Shown: one piece after another, positions 55,970 to 64,000 of the stretch
How the letters are laid out: each line of letters opens with the position of its first letter
Numbering within the stretch: position 1 is the stretch's first letter
IMG/VR virus record: IMGVR_UViG_3300035661_000042
Location: 17,133 to 81,132 of that record
Direction: 5' to 3' (one strand)
Source of the DNA: a virus
Length of the DNA stretch: 64,000 nucleotides
Made by a program: the position numbers and the translations under genes
Notes under the pieces: generated by a model
What the model saw: the letters and a program-made list of their open reading frames with translations, nothing else
Database searches by the model: none
Told to the model about the DNA's origin: nothing

Positions 55970-55984
55970 CGAGTGACCTTTTTT
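55957..55984 (-). terminator. Rho-independent terminator whose 3' arm is the -35 box
   Basis: AAAAAA-GGTCA-CTCGT-TGACC-TTTTTTT. Confidence 0.8.
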
Positions 55985-56002
55985 GATAACAACAGTGGTG
56001 AG

Positions 56003-56587
56003 TTACATATGCGACGGTGATGAACCTGTACGTGAAGGACCCGCGGCTGCAATTGGACGAGGTGAAGAGGCACCACGCATTGCACGATCAACAGCAAATT
56101 GAAGTTGACGGGTTGCAGCCATTAGTGCAGTTCCATTAGGCTTTCCACTCTGTTGAGAAGCCATATAGTCTTGAATAAGAGTCATGTACTTTGCTTTCAG
56201 ATCTTCCTTACGAGCACCAAGGTTAACAATTGGCATCGTTGCCATATTGACAAACCCGTCAGCGCCCAATCCAGCAACAGCAAGCACACGCAGAGTATTC
56301 TGCTTCTTTTCTTCGTCTTGTGAATTAGGGAGCGCGTCGGCCATCGCGTCAACACCTGCCATGAACGCTGCAACAGAATTGAGGTGCATTAGCTTAATTG
56401 GCTTACCTTCCTGCACAGTAACAGCGATGTTTGCGAGCAAACTTGTTACACTTTCTGCAAGAACTTCCGTAGTAATTTGCTGTTGTTCAGCTACAACAGC
56501 CATGTATGCCACAATTGCTTGTGATTCTTGTAGATTTGTCTTGTGCAACTTTGTTGCCTGCTGAATCATATTAAACTTTGTGGCCAT
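56003..56587 (-). CDS. Hypothetical late protein (possible internal head protein)
   Basis: Start ATG 56587 with SD GGGGAG; helical; LQE/LAE sites in the N-terminal part. Confidence 0.65.
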   Translation of the reverse strand: MATKFNMIQQATKLHKTNLQESQAIVAYMAVVAEQQQITTEVLAESVTSLLANIAVTVQEGKPIKLMHLNSVAAFMAGVDAMADALPNSQDEEKKQNTLRVLAVAGLGADGFVNMATMPIVNLGARKEDLKAKYMTLIQDYMASQQSGKPNGTALMAATRQLQFAVDRAMRGASSPRPIAAAGPSRTGSSPSHM

Positions 56588-56921
56588 TTTGTTCTCCCCT
56601 GTTGGCATGTCTTGCAAGCCATTTTGCTAATTTAACACCTGACCAAAATGTTGCGAACTTTTCATCCTCGTGAATATCATGAGGACCAACAGTACGTATT
56701 GATTCTGGCGTTGGTTGGTTAGGATTGTCGTATTTCCATTCGACAATTACCTTGTTCTTTGGTTTAAGCCCGATTAGTGACTTCTCATCTTCGGTTTCTC
56801 CAACAGGTAGCGAGCAGTACTTCTTAACCTCATATTCAATAACGGAAGTAGGAACGTTCTCAATTGCACGCAGCAGTTGGTCCTTACTCTCCACATATTG
56901 TTTGAATGTCAGTTTTTGCAT
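56571..56921 (-). CDS. Hypothetical late protein
   Basis: Late promoter at 56959; N-terminus LTFKQYVE. Confidence 0.68.
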   Translation of the reverse strand: MQKLTFKQYVESKDQLLRAIENVPTSVIEYEVKKYCSLPVGETEDEKSLIGLKPKNKVIVEWKYDNPNQPTPESIRTVGPHDIHEDEKFATFWSGVKLAKWLARHANRGEQNGHKV

Positions 56922-57013
56922 TTTAGTGAACTCGCCTTTACGCAGTTGTTATATGGGATATTTATTGTTATAAGGAGAGTAAGTTCAAAAACGACTGACG
57001 TATACACCAATAC

Positions 57014-57042
57014 AAAGAAAAAGGCCACCGAAGTGGCCTTTT
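57014..57042 (-). terminator. Rho-independent terminator after the major capsid gene
   Basis: GGCCAC-TTCG-GTGGCC-TTTTTCTTT. Confidence 0.9.
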
Positions 57043-57063
57043 GATTCTTCCGATAGGAGAAAC

Positions 57064-58506
57064 TTATGCAAACTGGAAGTTCGCAACGTTAATCTTTCCG
57101 TAGTAATCCGCGCTGTTTCCGAGCGACGTTTCCGACTGCGTGAACGCTGTCTTGCCGTAACGTGTCATCATCGAAACGACTGGTTGGAACGTTACTGGGT
57201 TGATAACAACACCGCTTGACATCAGGGGGATGTATGGGCAGTAGAAGTATCCAGTATCCGTTTCACCGTTGCCACCCTTGTATCCAACCAGGATCACGTC
57301 GTTAACTGCTGCACCCAAGCCAGAGACTTGGTTCCACAGGTACGAGTAAACCTTGATCGAACCGTTCAGTGTACCAACCAACATCGTGTTGTTTGGACCC
57401 TTGAACGAACCAGCAACAGCAGGTGCGAACACCGACTTAGCTGCCGATTGCAGGATCGACACAACCATTGGTGAAACAACGATGAAGTTGGCTGCACCAC
57501 GACGTGTCTTACGTGCGATTTCGTTTGCGACTGCGTTGATCACAATACCCAGGTTAGCGAAACGATCGCCGAGGTATGCTGGCTGGTACTGTGGTCCCAG
57601 ACCGATCGTTGCGTAGTCGTATGTACCAACCGTGCCCGCCAAAGCGATCAGGTCAGACAGGATTTCGCTGTCGATTTCTTGCACAATTTCTGCTGAAACA
57701 ACTTGCGACAGTTCCGACTCAAGGTCGAGACCGTGCTGGCTCTTCAAGTCTTGCATAGCTTCGACTGTCCAACCAGCTTGCAGCTTACGTGTTGAAGCTT
57801 CAACAGCTTGCGACACAACTTCCAGCTTTACTGAACGACCGCCGGAACCTTCAATGAAGGAACCTGAACCACCGTACAGACGACCAGCATACTTCTGACC
57901 GATTGCGTCAACACCCGATGAAGGATATGGACCAAACAGCGAAGTGTTTGTTGCTGGCAAGCTTGAAGGCCATGCACCACGTGATGCGTTACCTTGGATG
58001 TCAGCTTCGTCAGCTGCTGCATTTGTGATGCCAGAAGCACCTGCAGGTTGAGCTGCACCACCGTCACCAACAGAAGCACCAGCAGCGCCAGAGTAGAACT
58101 GACGCAGAACTGGGTTGTTACCGAACATTTCGGCGTTAGCTGCAATCGTACCATCGGAACCGTTTGCTGTCCATGGGTTACCAGCTTGGCCAGCAGCAGG
58201 TACTGCAACGCCTTCACCGTACTTGTAACGCATCGTGTAAACGAGACCAACTGGACCTTGCATTGGCTGAACACCAACGATTTCAGTTGCGATTGTACCT
58301 GGGATGATACGGCGAATCATCGGGATCAGGATCTTGCGGAAACCTGCGATGTCGTTTGCTGCTACAGCACCTGCGGCTGCAGTTTCTGCCAGGATGTGTT
58401 GCTTCTGGTTTTCCAGCAGCGTGCCGACGATTTGCTTCTTAGAAGAATCAAGACCTTCGAGCAGGGCGTCCTTAACTTCGGACCAGTTTTCAAATAGTTC
58501 ATTCAT
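57064..58506 (-). CDS. gp23: Major capsid protein (gp23-like)
   Basis: LLENQ, IRR..P..IA.EIVGVQPM.GP.GL, RKL.A.WT.EA.QDL..HG, RG..NF, YCPYIPL, FQP.....TRY. Confidence 0.97.
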   Translation of the reverse strand: MNELFENWSEVKDALLEGLDSSKKQIVGTLLENQKQHILAETAAAGAVAANDIAGFRKILIPMIRRIIPGTIATEIVGVQPMQGPVGLVYTMRYKYGEGVAVPAAGQAGNPWTANGSDGTIAANAEMFGNNPVLRQFYSGAAGASVGDGGAAQPAGASGITNAAADEADIQGNASRGAWPSSLPATNTSLFGPYPSSGVDAIGQKYAGRLYGGSGSFIEGSGGRSVKLEVVSQAVEASTRKLQAGWTVEAMQDLKSQHGLDLESELSQVVSAEIVQEIDSEILSDLIALAGTVGTYDYATIGLGPQYQPAYLGDRFANLGIVINAVANEIARKTRRGAANFIVVSPMVVSILQSAAKSVFAPAVAGSFKGPNNTMLVGTLNGSIKVYSYLWNQVSGLGAAVNDVILVGYKGGNGETDTGYFYCPYIPLMSSGVVINPVTFQPVVSMMTRYGKTAFTQSETSLGNSADYYGKINVANFQFA

Positions 58507-58552
58507 GTTTATCTCTCCTTGAGATGTTGTTTGCTTTTACTAGCGGTTAGAA

Positions 58553-59485
58553 TTAGACAAGGCCCGCAAGACGACGGTACCGTTGCTTATCAGCGTCAGA
58601 AATTGTTGGCTGTTTTTGTTCCGCAGCTTCGAAGACTACTTCTTCTTCTTGCTGGGCTTTGTTGTCGCCACTCTTTACAACGCCGCGCACTTCTTTCTTC
58701 TCACCTTCAGCTAGTACTTTTTCTTCCTTCTCTGAGGTCACAGCCTTTTCAGCTGTTTCTTTGAGCACTCTACCTACGTAGGTCTTGTAAGCATCTTCCA
58801 TCAGTGGGGTATCCACATTCTTTAGGATTGCTTCCATGACTTCTCTCGTGCGGCCCGAGAGAGGTGCCAAAACTTTTTCCATCTTGATCGAGCGTTCCAG
58901 CTTTGCAGCCTTCTTTTCCGACTCTTCAAGAGTTGCAAGCGCGTCTGCAAGACGTTGTTCAGTTTCAGTCAGCTTTGCTTCGACGGAGTCGTCACCAGCA
59001 TAGTGCTTCTTGAATTCTGCAACAAACGATTCAAACACCTTCTTGCCAAATTCGTTCTTCTTGACTTCCGTGATGTCTTCGCGGAGTTCTTCGATTTCTG
59101 CCGACAGGCGAATTTCGAGGAAGTTGTCAAGCTTTTCAATCAACTGGCCAACGTCTTTCTTCAACGTTACAGCCATTTCACCCTTTGCTTCAACGAGCTT
59201 GACAGCATATTCTGCTTCAAGGTCGCGGAAACGTTCGATATCAGTACGCAGTTCCGACAGTTCTTCTGTCAGAGCTTCTGTGACCTTTGCGTCAAGTGCT
59301 TCAATCAGAGTATCACGTTCAGTCAACCAAGCTTCATTCAGTTCAGCAGTAACTGTCGCTTGAGCCTCTGCGCGTGCCTTCTCGAAAGCTTCTGTAAGCT
59401 GTCCCTTGAAAGCTGCTTCTAGCTCTTGCTTCGTTTCCTCGGTCAGTACTTCCGCGGCAAGTAGTTTCTTTAGCAGTTCGTCCAT
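58553..59485 (-). CDS. gp22: Prohead core scaffold protein (gp22-like)
   Basis: Glu-rich coiled coil, NEFGKKVFESF, located between protease and capsid genes. Confidence 0.85.
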   Translation of the reverse strand: MDELLKKLLAAEVLTEETKQELEAAFKGQLTEAFEKARAEAQATVTAELNEAWLTERDTLIEALDAKVTEALTEELSELRTDIERFRDLEAEYAVKLVEAKGEMAVTLKKDVGQLIEKLDNFLEIRLSAEIEELREDITEVKKNEFGKKVFESFVAEFKKHYAGDDSVEAKLTETEQRLADALATLEESEKKAAKLERSIKMEKVLAPLSGRTREVMEAILKNVDTPLMEDAYKTYVGRVLKETAEKAVTSEKEEKVLAEGEKKEVRGVVKSGDNKAQQEEEVVFEAAEQKQPTISDADKQRYRRLAGLV

Positions 59486-59577
59486 TTATGTCTCCTTGAC
59501 AAGTCACACTCGTGATTCTTGTGTATTTTATTTATGGTGCCGGTCAAATTTGTTTCAAAAACGTGCCCGTACTCATT

Positions 59578-59606
59578 AAAAAACCCGCGTATTCCTGCGG
59601 GTTTTT
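59578..59606 (-). terminator. Terminator after the prohead protease gene
   Basis: CCCGC-N8-GCGGG flanked by A and T tracts. Confidence 0.72.
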
Positions 59607-59632
59607 GTGGGACCGGAAAATTCCGGATTTTG

Positions 59633-60268
59633 TTACTTCTTTGCGAACAAGCCTGCTTCAAGAAACTTCATAATCTCTTTTTTGAAGTACTTTTGAGCGG
59701 CTGGATCTTGACGAAGCTGTTCAGCCAATGTCAGAATCTTTCCACCGTTCTTTGCTTGTTCAATCGACTCATACATCATTCCTGGATATGCATTTGGGGC
59801 GCTTGGTGTAACAACAATGTCGTACGTAATGAATTGGAATCCATTGACATCACCACTTTCGTTGACATTACCTGCACCACGACTTGATACCCCAATCTTT
59901 ACACCACTCTTCAACAGTTCCTGTGCAATCAACCCCATTGGAGTATTAAGCAACTTAGCCTTGCCAAATGCGTTGTTTCCATTCATCCACATCTCTGTAA
60001 TTGCATGTGAAATGCGATCACTATTGATGTTCAATGACTGTGGGTGATCAAGTTCGCCAAAAATGCCATTATTTTCCTTGATTCGTGCCATAGCAACACG
60101 AACAGCTTCGGAGATTTCCGAGGTTGGATAATTACGACCATTGCGGTTCTTAATGGCGCCCTGCATGCAGATGCCATTAAGCCACATAGACTTACCGTCT
60201 GTTGACGATTCACTAACAACCCGTGCTTCCGACGGGTTTAGTTCTTCAACGAGTAGAATTGCTGACAT
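59633..60268 (-). CDS. gp21: Prohead protease (gp21-like)
   Basis: KNRNGRNYP, GELDHP, SH, TPMG, GVSSRG.G, DIV..PSAP.A. Confidence 0.95.
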   Translation of the reverse strand: MSAILLVEELNPSEARVVSESSTDGKSMWLNGICMQGAIKNRNGRNYPTSEISEAVRVAMARIKENNGIFGELDHPQSLNINSDRISHAITEMWMNGNNAFGKAKLLNTPMGLIAQELLKSGVKIGVSSRGAGNVNESGDVNGFQFITYDIVVTPSAPNAYPGMMYESIEQAKNGGKILTLAEQLRQDPAAQKYFKKEIMKFLEAGLFAKK

Positions 60269-60295
60269 GGTAAAGACTCCTATTCAAACGGCGAA

Positions 60296-60577
60296 TTACT
60301 CGTCGTCGCCCTTGTCTTTCTTGTCGTCTTTCTTGTCTTTCTTTTCGAAAGGAGGAGCCTTCTTGTCGTCCTTATCGTCAGACTTCTTGTCATCTTTGTC
60401 GCCATCAGGCTCTTTGTCGCCCTCGTCATCAGACTCTTCCTCAGCAGCTTCGCCGAGAAGAATTGATTGCGACTTCAAACGTAGATAGTCGTGAAATGCA
60501 GCCTTGGCTGCTGTTGTATCTTGCTCAACCAGAGCCTCAACCACTGCTTCAAGATGTTGCTTCATTTGCTTGTTCAT
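60296..60577 (-). CDS. Small prohead core protein (gp67/gp68 position)
   Basis: Between portal and protease; helical N-terminus and D/E/K-rich tail. Confidence 0.65.
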   Translation of the reverse strand: MNKQMKQHLEAVVEALVEQDTTAAKAAFHDYLRLKSQSILLGEAAEEESDDEGDKEPDGDKDDKKSDDKDDKKAPPFEKKDKKDDKKDKGDDE

Positions 60578-60664
60578 TTAACATGCTCCTTGTCAGAACT
60601 TAGTGATGGCTTTATGCAAAGCCGGTGATTTATTTATTGGGACGCTATCCCGTTCGGTAAGTAT

Positions 60665-62332
60665 TTATTGAACGGGCGGTGGAGAACCACTATTTCCGGG
60701 TGGAACCGCAGCAGGAGCGTTTCCAGTTTCGGGACCCATTGGAGGTTCAGCACCTCCAATTGGCTGATCAAAACCGGGACCGCCCAATGTGCCTGCCATC
60801 ATACCACCGCCACCCAAAGCGTCTCCTGCTCCACCTTCTGCTGGTGGAGGACCGTACACAGCGAGCATATTAGCCTTGACATCTCCATCTGGATCAAGAC
60901 CAAGCTCTTCTGTACGCTGACGGAAGTTCAACAGAATTTCTTCATCAGTCATTTGCAAGAACTTCTTCTGACCAAAGCGCTTCGACAAATGTTCAATTCC
61001 ATTTGCTTGTGAGTATGTAGTCAACAAATCGTTGTCCAATTGTTGTTGACGGTAGATACCAAAGTTTTCTGGCTCATTCAACTTAATGTGAAAGATCGTT
61101 GGGTCGATATTGATTCCAGCGGCGCGTAGGTACCGTTTGAATTCCTTGTCAATCACCCGGTTCATATATCCCTGCAACCGCTTGATGTACATCGCAAAGC
61201 GCAGTTCTTGAATGTATGCAACGCCTGTCTTACCATCAGACATCATTGCATTATCTTGGCCTTCACGCATGTATGACAGAGGAATACGCAATCCACGGAA
61301 TACTTTCCACTGGAAGTATTCCAGGTCAGCAAGTTCACCAAGTCCTTGGCCACCTGGCAGTGTTTCAACCTTACTACCAGCACCATCAGGACGCTGAGCA
61401 AAGAAAAAGTCTTCACTCATTTGTTGTGGGTTATACACAGAATCAACTTGGTCTGTCCCGCCACCGTACGTAGGAATCTTACGTTGGCGGATTTCGTTCT
61501 TGATACCTTCAAGGTATGATTTAACACGCTGTGGTGGCATCTTACCCACGTCAATATAGAACACACGCCGTTCAGGAGCACGTTGGATACGATAGATGAT
61601 AATAGCATCTTCAAGCAGTTCTTTTTGCTTTTGGGCACGGTACACTGCACGGAGAATTGATTCTCCGAATGGTGCTGCTTCGGAAATATCATCATTTAGG
61701 GTGAACCAAACTACTTCATCTGTGCTAAATGTGTCAACCAATTCGTTTGAATAATTACCAAAGTGTCCGGTAGGCTGATTGTACGGAGAGTTTGGAGTTT
61801 TTGTATCACGCTTGATCTGCCACCCAACTACACGCGTCATATCACGGTCGTCAACGATCGCTGCAACAACTTGTTTTGGATGAATGTATTCCCACCGAGC
61901 TGTATCTTTGTGGCGAATGAAGAAGCAGTCGCCGTACTTAATGGTAACGCGTGAGATTTTGAATAGTCGATTTTCCCAATCGTGCAGCGTATTCCAGTAT
62001 CGGAGAGCTGCACGTAGTGTCATTACAACGGACGTTGGAATGTTCGTGTCTTTTTCACCATCAATCACCAACTCAATTGGAAGATCAGAGTTTGGATCAG
62101 ATCCAATCATTTCTTCTGCAATGGTATCCAACGAACGAGCAACTTCAACGTCGTTATCCATCAAATCATATTCACGATACCGTGTGATTCGAGATGCAGC
62201 TCCTTGAACAAGGCGTTGATACCAAGTGTAATTTGCATAGGTGCCCTGATCGCCAAGATTTTGGCTATCGGACATTGTCGTCACGCCCGGCTTCGGGGTT
62301 ACGACCTTGAAGTAATCAGCAAACTTTGCCAT
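60665..62332 (-). CDS. gp20: Portal protein (gp20-like)
   Basis: KYGD.FF, PFG.SIL, LEDAIIIYRIQRAPERRVFYIDVG.MP, EDFFF, VETLPGG, IP.SY, ELRF. Confidence 0.96.
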   Translation of the reverse strand: MAKFADYFKVVTPKPGVTTMSDSQNLGDQGTYANYTWYQRLVQGAASRITRYREYDLMDNDVEVARSLDTIAEEMIGSDPNSDLPIELVIDGEKDTNIPTSVVMTLRAALRYWNTLHDWENRLFKISRVTIKYGDCFFIRHKDTARWEYIHPKQVVAAIVDDRDMTRVVGWQIKRDTKTPNSPYNQPTGHFGNYSNELVDTFSTDEVVWFTLNDDISEAAPFGESILRAVYRAQKQKELLEDAIIIYRIQRAPERRVFYIDVGKMPPQRVKSYLEGIKNEIRQRKIPTYGGGTDQVDSVYNPQQMSEDFFFAQRPDGAGSKVETLPGGQGLGELADLEYFQWKVFRGLRIPLSYMREGQDNAMMSDGKTGVAYIQELRFAMYIKRLQGYMNRVIDKEFKRYLRAAGINIDPTIFHIKLNEPENFGIYRQQQLDNDLLTTYSQANGIEHLSKRFGQKKFLQMTDEEILLNFRQRTEELGLDPDGDVKANMLAVYGPPPAEGGAGDALGGGGMMAGTLGGPGFDQPIGGAEPPMGPETGNAPAAVPPGNSGSPPPVQ

Positions 62333-62401
62333 GCTTGGTTCCTATGTGCTATCTGTGGCGTGTTGATTATTTATGTTGACAAAAAATAGGCTGTCAAACT
62401 G

Positions 62402-64000
62402 TTATACATAGTTGTATTGAGCGCCAAACTTATTGTCGCTCCTCAGTTTGGAGCGGCTGTCACTGTTTGTTTTCTCAGTATCCGTCATCGTCATAGCAAC
62501 AAGCTGTTTTTCTGCAAGCGTTAGTTGCTGTTCAGTCATATCAGCAATTCGTTTGAGGAAATCGTTGGATGTATCCATTTGTTTAACCTGAGCGGCAATA
62601 CCATCTGCTGACGACAGTGTTGCTTTCTTTGTGGCTTCTGCTGAATCAGAAGCCTTCTTAGCAGCCTCAGCAGCTTTATCATCTTTCTTTGGTGTTGTTG
62701 GTTGCGTTAGTGCTGCTCCTGCACCAGGATTCATCCAATCGTAAACTTTACTGCCAATTGATTGGCCACCCATCAACCCTTCTGCGCCTTTGTTGATCTT
62801 ATCGCCCGCGTACATTCCCCAACGCATTGGCGAGATCATGTCCATTCCTGATGGTATTTCTGTTTGTGCCTTACCTTGCATCAGATCGTTAACACCCATC
62901 CCAGCATCCAGCACAGCACCAGCAACTCCGGCACCCTTTAACAGTGTGCCAGCTTTGCCGAGAACACCAGCAGCCTTACCTGCTGTTCCAGCAGCTTTAC
63001 CTACTGTTCCAGCAGCGCCCGCGGCGCCTTCGGCTACTGTTCCAGCAGCCTTGCCTGCTGTCCCAGCAGCACCACCCATTTTTCCAAGCAGTTTACCAGC
63101 ACCTTTACCTAAAAGATCCATAGCCTTACCACCCAACAACATAGCACCTATTGCAGCTACGCCCGCTGCTATCGGTCCAAGATAGTTGGTTCCTGATACT
63201 ATTAGTTTTGCTTGGTCGTATAGCAGTTCTGCGTGGTATCCCATCTTCAAAACTATATCTTTCGACGCATCAACATACGCAGCTTTGACTTCTGCCAGTG
63301 GTTTAGCCAGTGTATCACCAAGTGTTGTTGAAAACGCACTGCCTTTACCATACAGGTCTTCGAGTCCTAACTTATCTACCAACTGCGTTGCAAAAATTTC
63401 TGATCCAAGCCCTTGTTGAGCAGCCTGGTCCATTCTGTTTGCCATTGCAGTACTAAACTTCGCAATTGCTTCTTGGTTTGCTTTTTGTTGCTCTGGTGTT
63501 CCGCGCTTGCCCATTGAAACAGCTTTCGCAGCTTCCTCAGCACCACTAATTCCCATTGCACCGCCAAGTGCTCGAATTTTTGCAGCTTGTTTCAGACGAT
63601 CAAGAGGCTTTGCTCCAACCATCTTATTCATCATCTTTGCAGCTTCTTTTGCTTGCTCGGCTGACATACCAATTGCAATTGAGTGTTGAACAAGGTCACG
63701 TTGGTTTTGTAACAGTGCAGCTCTGTCTTCTTTACGAGCTGAACGCAGCATATCAATCGAATCAACATCGTTTGCAATGTCATCATAAAATGCGCGTGCT
63801 GCTTGTTGATTCATTCCTGTTTGTGCAGCAAGAGTTTTTACATCCGCTGTATAAGATTCAAGAACGCTTTGAGTTGGCTTTACTCCCTTTTGAGCAAACG
63901 ACGTCATTGATTCTGTCAAGGCAGCAAACGCCACAGAGCGATCACCGGTCATTGCATAGAAGCTGAGCATACTGGACTCAACCTGCTTGGTAGCCGCAGA
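62402..64000 (-). CDS. Tape-measure-like protein, C-terminal part (start outside the window)
   Basis: Frame is open to 64000; Ala/Gly/Lys-rich helical sequence with GAAGT.GKAAG repeats and a hydrophobic segment. Confidence 0.6.
   Translation of the reverse strand, partial: SAATKQVESSMLSFYAMTGDRSVAFAALTESMTSFAQKGVKPTQSVLESYTADVKTLAAQTGMNQQAARAFYDDIANDVDSIDMLRSARKEDRAALLQNQRDLVQHSIAIGMSAEQAKEAAKMMNKMVGAKPLDRLKQAAKIRALGGAMGISGAEEAAKAVSMGKRGTPEQQKANQEAIAKFSTAMANRMDQAAQQGLGSEIFATQLVDKLGLEDLYGKGSAFSTTLGDTLAKPLAEVKAAYVDASKDIVLKMGYHAELLYDQAKLIVSGTNYLGPIAAGVAAIGAMLLGGKAMDLLGKGAGKLLGKMGGAAGTAGKAAGTVAEGAAGAAGTVGKAAGTAGKAAGVLGKAGTLLKGAGVAGAVLDAGMGVNDLMQGKAQTEIPSGMDMISPMRWGMYAGDKINKGAEGLMGGQSIGSKVYDWMNPGAGAALTQPTTPKKDDKAAEAAKKASDSAEATKKATLSSADGIAAQVKQMDTSNDFLKRIADMTEQQLTLAEKQLVAMTMTDTEKTNSDSRSKLRSDNKFGAQYNYV

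Larger units (their letters stand above)
9720..62373. promoter_or_regulatory. Dispersed TAAATA late-promoter motif (~24 copies, T4 gp55-type -10 box)
   Basis: Hexamer left coordinates. Minus strand: 9720, 11004, 13280, 17484, 25662, 39679, 40714, 42998, 45360, 46038, 48315, 50747, 51964, 54989, 56959, 59529, 60631, 60662, 62368. Plus strand: 25709, 26321, 31738, 34601, 36453. Each lies on the sense strand upstream of a gene start, and the orientation flips with the plus-strand cassette. Confidence 0.85.

Noticed and set aside
60300-60450. Short repeats in the prohead core gene and GAAGT/GKAAG repeats near 62950-63120
   Set aside because: Explained by low-complexity protein sequence, not a DNA-level array.
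62376-62397. Opposed TTGACA hexamers upstream of the portal gene as sigma70 promoters
   Set aside because: Neither has a convincing -10 box at 16-18 nt; the adjacent TAAATA explains portal expression.
1-64000. Alternative genetic code, inteins, tRNAs, CRISPR arrays
   Set aside because: Core genes are full length in the standard code, terL/uvsW/uvsX show no intein-sized inserts, intergenic gaps are short, and I saw no cloverleaf or repeat-spacer pattern by eye.

Overview
This window is a 64-kb segment of a large T4-distant myophage genome. Gene content and order resemble Rak2/GAP32-type jumbo phages, but this assignment is by recognition only, not a database search. From right to left on the minus strand: a truncated tape-measure-like gene, portal (gp20), prohead core, protease (gp21), scaffold (gp22), major capsid (gp23), neck gp13/gp14, gp15, sheath gp18, tube gp19, a baseplate-tube protein, gp4 nuclease, terminase small and large subunits, and an HD / HNH / P-loop kinase locus. 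A ~30-kb fibre and adhesin region follows, including an 11.6-kb plus-strand cassette. The left end holds gp32 SSB, UvsX, a nucleotidyltransferase, UvsY, UvsW, a GIY-YIG-like endonuclease, a DnaE fragment, a double-domain GroES and a membrane protein. About 24 sense-strand TAAATA boxes sit just upstream of genes (late promoters), and four sigma70-type promoters precede non-structural genes. The most interesting observations: (i) promoters repeatedly lie inside hairpins that hide an RBS or start codon, or form a terminator, so expression may depend on where the transcript starts; (ii) an HNH gene may have split an HD-kinase fusion; (iii) a Cpn20-like tandem GroES; (iv) a modular fibre toolkit with paralogous anchors, split and fused adaptor/receptor modules, shared C-terminal domains and a 172-bp exact internal repeat; (v) neck and sheath proteins carrying large accessory domains. 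I saw no tRNA, rRNA, CRISPR array, reverse transcriptase or intein.
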